Assembly: GCA_000146045.2 (NCBI GenBank)
Contig: BK006936.2
Span: forward strand, 448,001-512,000
Reading direction: 5' to 3'
From: TPA_inf: Saccharomyces
Lineage: Eukaryota
DNA: 64,000 nt
The position numbers were made by a program, and so were the translations under genes. This document shows positions 57,307-64,000 of the stretch, piece after piece; positions within the stretch are counted from its first letter, which is position 1, and the number at the start of each line of letters is the position of its first letter. The notes under the pieces were generated by a model that worked only from the letters and a program-made list of their open reading frames with translations, searched no databases and was not told the DNA's origin.

Positions 57307-57607
57307 CTTTGATATACTCTAATTACTGAAATTGAATTCCTTTTCAAGGCTCCATAACTATATGGAGCATACTATGTACTTATCATAATAAAGAATAAAC
57401 AAACAAGCAAACAAAAAAAAAAAAAACTATGGATCATAGTTTTCACCAACAAGCATTAGAATACAAATAAAATTTATATAGTGAATATCCTTCAAATAAA
57501 TTTCTTCTTTCCCTTATAAATCAAATAGATGGAACGCACGCTCCAAAACTAGTCAACTAGAAAAAAATACCCGCCGACGGACAATTTTGAAGAGAGATGA
57601 TTAATGA

Positions 57608-64000
<6,393 letters not shown>

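Overview
This window is Saccharomyces cerevisiae nuclear DNA. Gene order and protein sequences match the right arm of chromosome II, YBR103W to YBR136W: SIF2 (partial), YMC2, VID24, PHO88, IML3, AIM3, CMD1, ALG1, YSA1, SUS1, CYC8, RAD16, LYS2, TKL2, TEF2, MUD1, CBP6, GRS1, MRPL36, TFC1, PTC4, TPS1, YBR126W-A, VMA2, ATG14, OPY1, SHE3, CCZ1, AGP2, HSL7, CKS1, MEC1 (partial). It is dense eukaryotic housekeeping sequence with spliced genes (SUS1 with two introns, MUD1 with one). I found no prokaryotic-style defence or mobile system, no tRNA or rRNA genes, and no Ty or LTR elements. Several ORF-track entries start at non-ATG codons or extend N-termini, so the coordinates below are trimmed to the recognised ATG starts (GRS1 to its known UUG). 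The points worth a second look are: (1) SUS1 exon 3 shows four G where the known Sus1 C-terminus needs three, which would be a +1 frameshift; (2) a GC-rich STRE island between TPS1 and the small membrane ORF YBR126W-A; (3) a cluster of CRE-like, Gcn4, CCAAT and E-box motifs plus a CCG-N3-CGG inverted repeat in the CYC8/RAD16 divergent intergenic region; (4) a PAC plus RRPE-like motif pair upstream of YMC2; (5) Q-rich and QA coding repeats in CYC8, AIM3 and CKS1; (6) the GRS1 in-frame upstream extension that fits its UUG-initiated mitochondrial isoform; (7) an unusually long 956-bp convergent gap between ALG1 and YSA1 with no feature. All coordinates and motif calls were made by eye from the sequence, and no alignment could be run.
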